DNA of 63,566 nucleotides, filler included, from Folioceros fuciformis (lineage: Eukaryota): assembly GCA_049999805.1 (NCBI GenBank). It is 6 parts of 5 records of this genome, joined end to end, with 100 filler letters (N's around TTAATTAATTAA, not from the genome) between each part and the next. Parts side by side here need not be neighbours in the genome. Positions count along the whole stretch, not along the records: positions 60,581 to 63,566 come from JBNGIO010006188.1; 5 more parts are not named here. One strand, 5' to 3'. Shown in pieces: positions 61,518-63,566 of the stretch. How positions within the stretch are numbered: the stretch's first letter is position 1; the number at the start of each line of letters is the position of its first letter. The position numbers were made by a program, and so were the translations under genes. Under the pieces are notes generated by a model that saw only the letters and a program-made list of their open reading frames with translations, was not told the origin of the DNA and ran no database searches.

Positions 61518-62105
61518 ATGCCGAGACCAAGAGGCCAGAGGAATCGCCTGCGCTGGACAGATTCTGTTGCTGGTAGACGCGGTGAGCCAGCAAGATTACC
61601 TCCTAATCGCTGCGACAACCTTGATTGCTTTAGTCACCTGGCTAGAAAACCCTCGCGTCAGGCACGCACGATCCCTCTCTAGGCAGCATGGTTATTTTGT
61701 CCTCAGAGTCTCACTTGCAGCTCCTGCATTAGCAATCTTGAGTCAAATCCCGGTACTTCCGATTTGTTGATAGAAGACATACACCACTCCGTCAAGACAC
61801 TTGCATTTGACACAAAGAAACGACTAGCTGATCTTTCCATTAAGGTAGCAAGTACAAATAGGCACGTCACCCACCTTGCCCATCAAGTGAACACCTTGTT
61901 AAAGATCAGCAACTTGTCCCTGCGCGAAACAGCATCTCCTAAAGAAACATCTTCACGAGTTCCAGAGAAACCTGCACCTGTTCAGATCTCTACAAACACA
62001 CAACAGTCAGACTGGGAGAAAATGTTTCATGTGATGCAAGAATTTTTTCCACAACATATGGAGCAAATGCACGCCTTCGAAGCAGAGGCTGATCTCCCTC
62101 TCTAA
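61518..62105 (+). CDS. ORF0 (ORF-b) of copia F (195 codons, one internal TAG at 61680)
   Basis: MPRPRGQRNRLRW..RCDNLDCFSH..PL*AAWLFCPQSLTCSSC..LADLSIKVASTNRHVTHLAHQVNTLLKI..DLPL*; ends 12 nt before the gag ATG, in frame. Confidence 0.62.
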
Positions 62106-63566
62106 GCTTTGCTGTATATGACACACGGTGGAAGGTCGCGAGGAAACAGCAAACCAAGAGGCCCTCGTGGCAGACCTGCTGGAAGGGGTGCCGGCAGAGG
62201 GGGGCATCTTGTTGTTGATCCTCTGTCCATTAACGACGACCAGTCATTTTCAGGCCCTTCTCAAGGCAGTTCATCCACCGGTGGTATATCCAACTTGCAC
62301 GCTGCACAATTACAACACGTTGCTCAAGTTGGGTCAATAGCACAAGCCACTAGGGCAGCCTTAGCAGCTCACATAGTTGGAATAATGGGTACTCAACAAC
62401 AGGGAGGTACAGTTACTAATAACACTACTGTACACAACCTCAAGATATATTTTAAAGAACGTGATAGATTTTCAGGCACACAGTTCGATATCTGGGCACT
62501 TAGAGTCCAAACTATCTTGAAAGAAAATGATCTCTGGGGTGTTGTTTCTGGGATAGTCCCTAAACCTGCCCCCACAACTCCTCAAGCTGATAGAGATGCT
62601 TGGGCCAAACTTGATCTTCGTGCACTAGCTGTCATACAGTCTGCACTCGATGGCACAATGATGCCCCACACACGTGAGGCTGAGTCCACAAAGGCTGTCT
62701 GGGATGCACTTACACAAGTCTACCAAGTAGTAAATGGATCCTCACTTGTGAGTGCAACTCGACATTTCTACAATTGTAAAATGAGGGAGCATGACTCCGT
62801 TGAGCACCATATAATCAAGTTCATGACCTTGAGATCTAATCTTACCTCAAGTGGAATGAAGACCACAAAGATGCAGGCAGCAGTTGCTTTGCTTCTCTCT
62901 CTTCCAGAAAGTTATCGCACTTTCGTGAGCAATCAAAGCTCGTCACTTCGGCAAGCAGCACAAGCTGCCCCACCTAGAACTCAACCAGCTGTTACACTCT
63001 TGGATGTTATTGGTGCTCTTCTCGAGGAAGAGTCAACCCGCAAAGCAAGCAGGGGTACCTCCCACAAGGGAGAGTCTTCAAATAGGGCGCTCTACATGAA
63101 CAGAGGCCCAAAAAGACAGCCTCGTCAGCCTCGGCAATAATAACACAATCCGGGAGTCAGCAACTCTTACAAAAAGCGTCCTCCAGCTGGTGGTGCGAAG
63201 AAGAAGGGGCCCTGTAATTGGTGCCTCATTCCAGGTCATTGGGAAGCAGAATGCCGTAAGAAGAAGGCTGGTGAACCAAGACGAACTTCACCACCTGCTG
63301 AAGCAAACATTACACAGCGCAAGACAGCCACTCTTCTCGTTGTATGCATGGTCTCCACGGCCACCAACAAGCGTGTCTGGTACATTGACAGTGGAGCATC
63401 AGCACATTGCTGTCATGACAAACATGCTTTTGCTAAGTACCGACATGTCCCACCTGGTCAGTTTGTCTTGCTTGGAGATGACAGTGGACTACAAATTGTT
63501 GGTATAGGCACTGTCCCTATTCAGTTAGCGGATAGAACCACTTTGCATTTACTAGATGTCCTGCAT

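Larger units (their letters stand above)
61057..63566 (+). mobile_element. Ty1/copia element F nested in E: LTR 61057-61302, PBS 61303-61314, two upstream ORFs, gag-protease
   Basis: PBS TGGTATCAGAGC; gag ATG at 62118 with FKERDRFSGTQFDIWALRV. After TAA TAA at 63138-63143 the same frame continues with CNWCLIPGHWEAEC and WYIDSGASAHC. Confidence 0.92.

Noticed and set aside
61204-61770. 188-aa ORF spanning the LTR and PBS of copia F
   Set aside because: Non-ATG start inside the LTR and runs across the PBS; the ATG-initiated ORFa/ORFb model fits better, though this frame is not formally excluded.

Overview
Eukaryotic land-plant nuclear DNA. A seed-free plant, possibly a hornwort, is inferred from the short ~100-nt introns and a WW-type PLS-PPR protein. 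The window is at least six contigs joined by artificial 100-nt spacers (N44-TTAATTAATTAA-N44 at 19688, 42290, 45688, 49348 and 60481), so adjacency across these joins is not proven. The left two thirds hold host genes: a GPI-anchored LysM receptor-like protein, SAMDC with its tiny/small uORF pair, an inverted SAMDC pseudogene, a NECAP-like gene, an intronless short-type ABCC transporter, a vacuolar sorting receptor and a PLS-E(WW) PPR gene. They also hold PPR and LRR-ROC (TORNADO1-like) relics, DNA-transposon remnants and several minisatellites. The right third is an LTR-retrotransposon nest: one Athila/Tat-like gypsy piece with a 3' env-like ORF and six Ty1/copia pieces. Most notable: four copia elements from at least three divergent families carry an extra ORF (ORF0) directly upstream of gag, ending 10-27 nt before the gag ATG. 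In the three elements with an intact 5' end it lies after the tRNA-Met PBS, is ~180-195 aa, and has a basic N-terminus and a coiled-coil-like C-terminus. Two ORF0s are clearly homologous, and one element has two consecutive Cys-rich upstream ORFs and TA..TA LTR ends. This suggests an undescribed polycistronic copia architecture.
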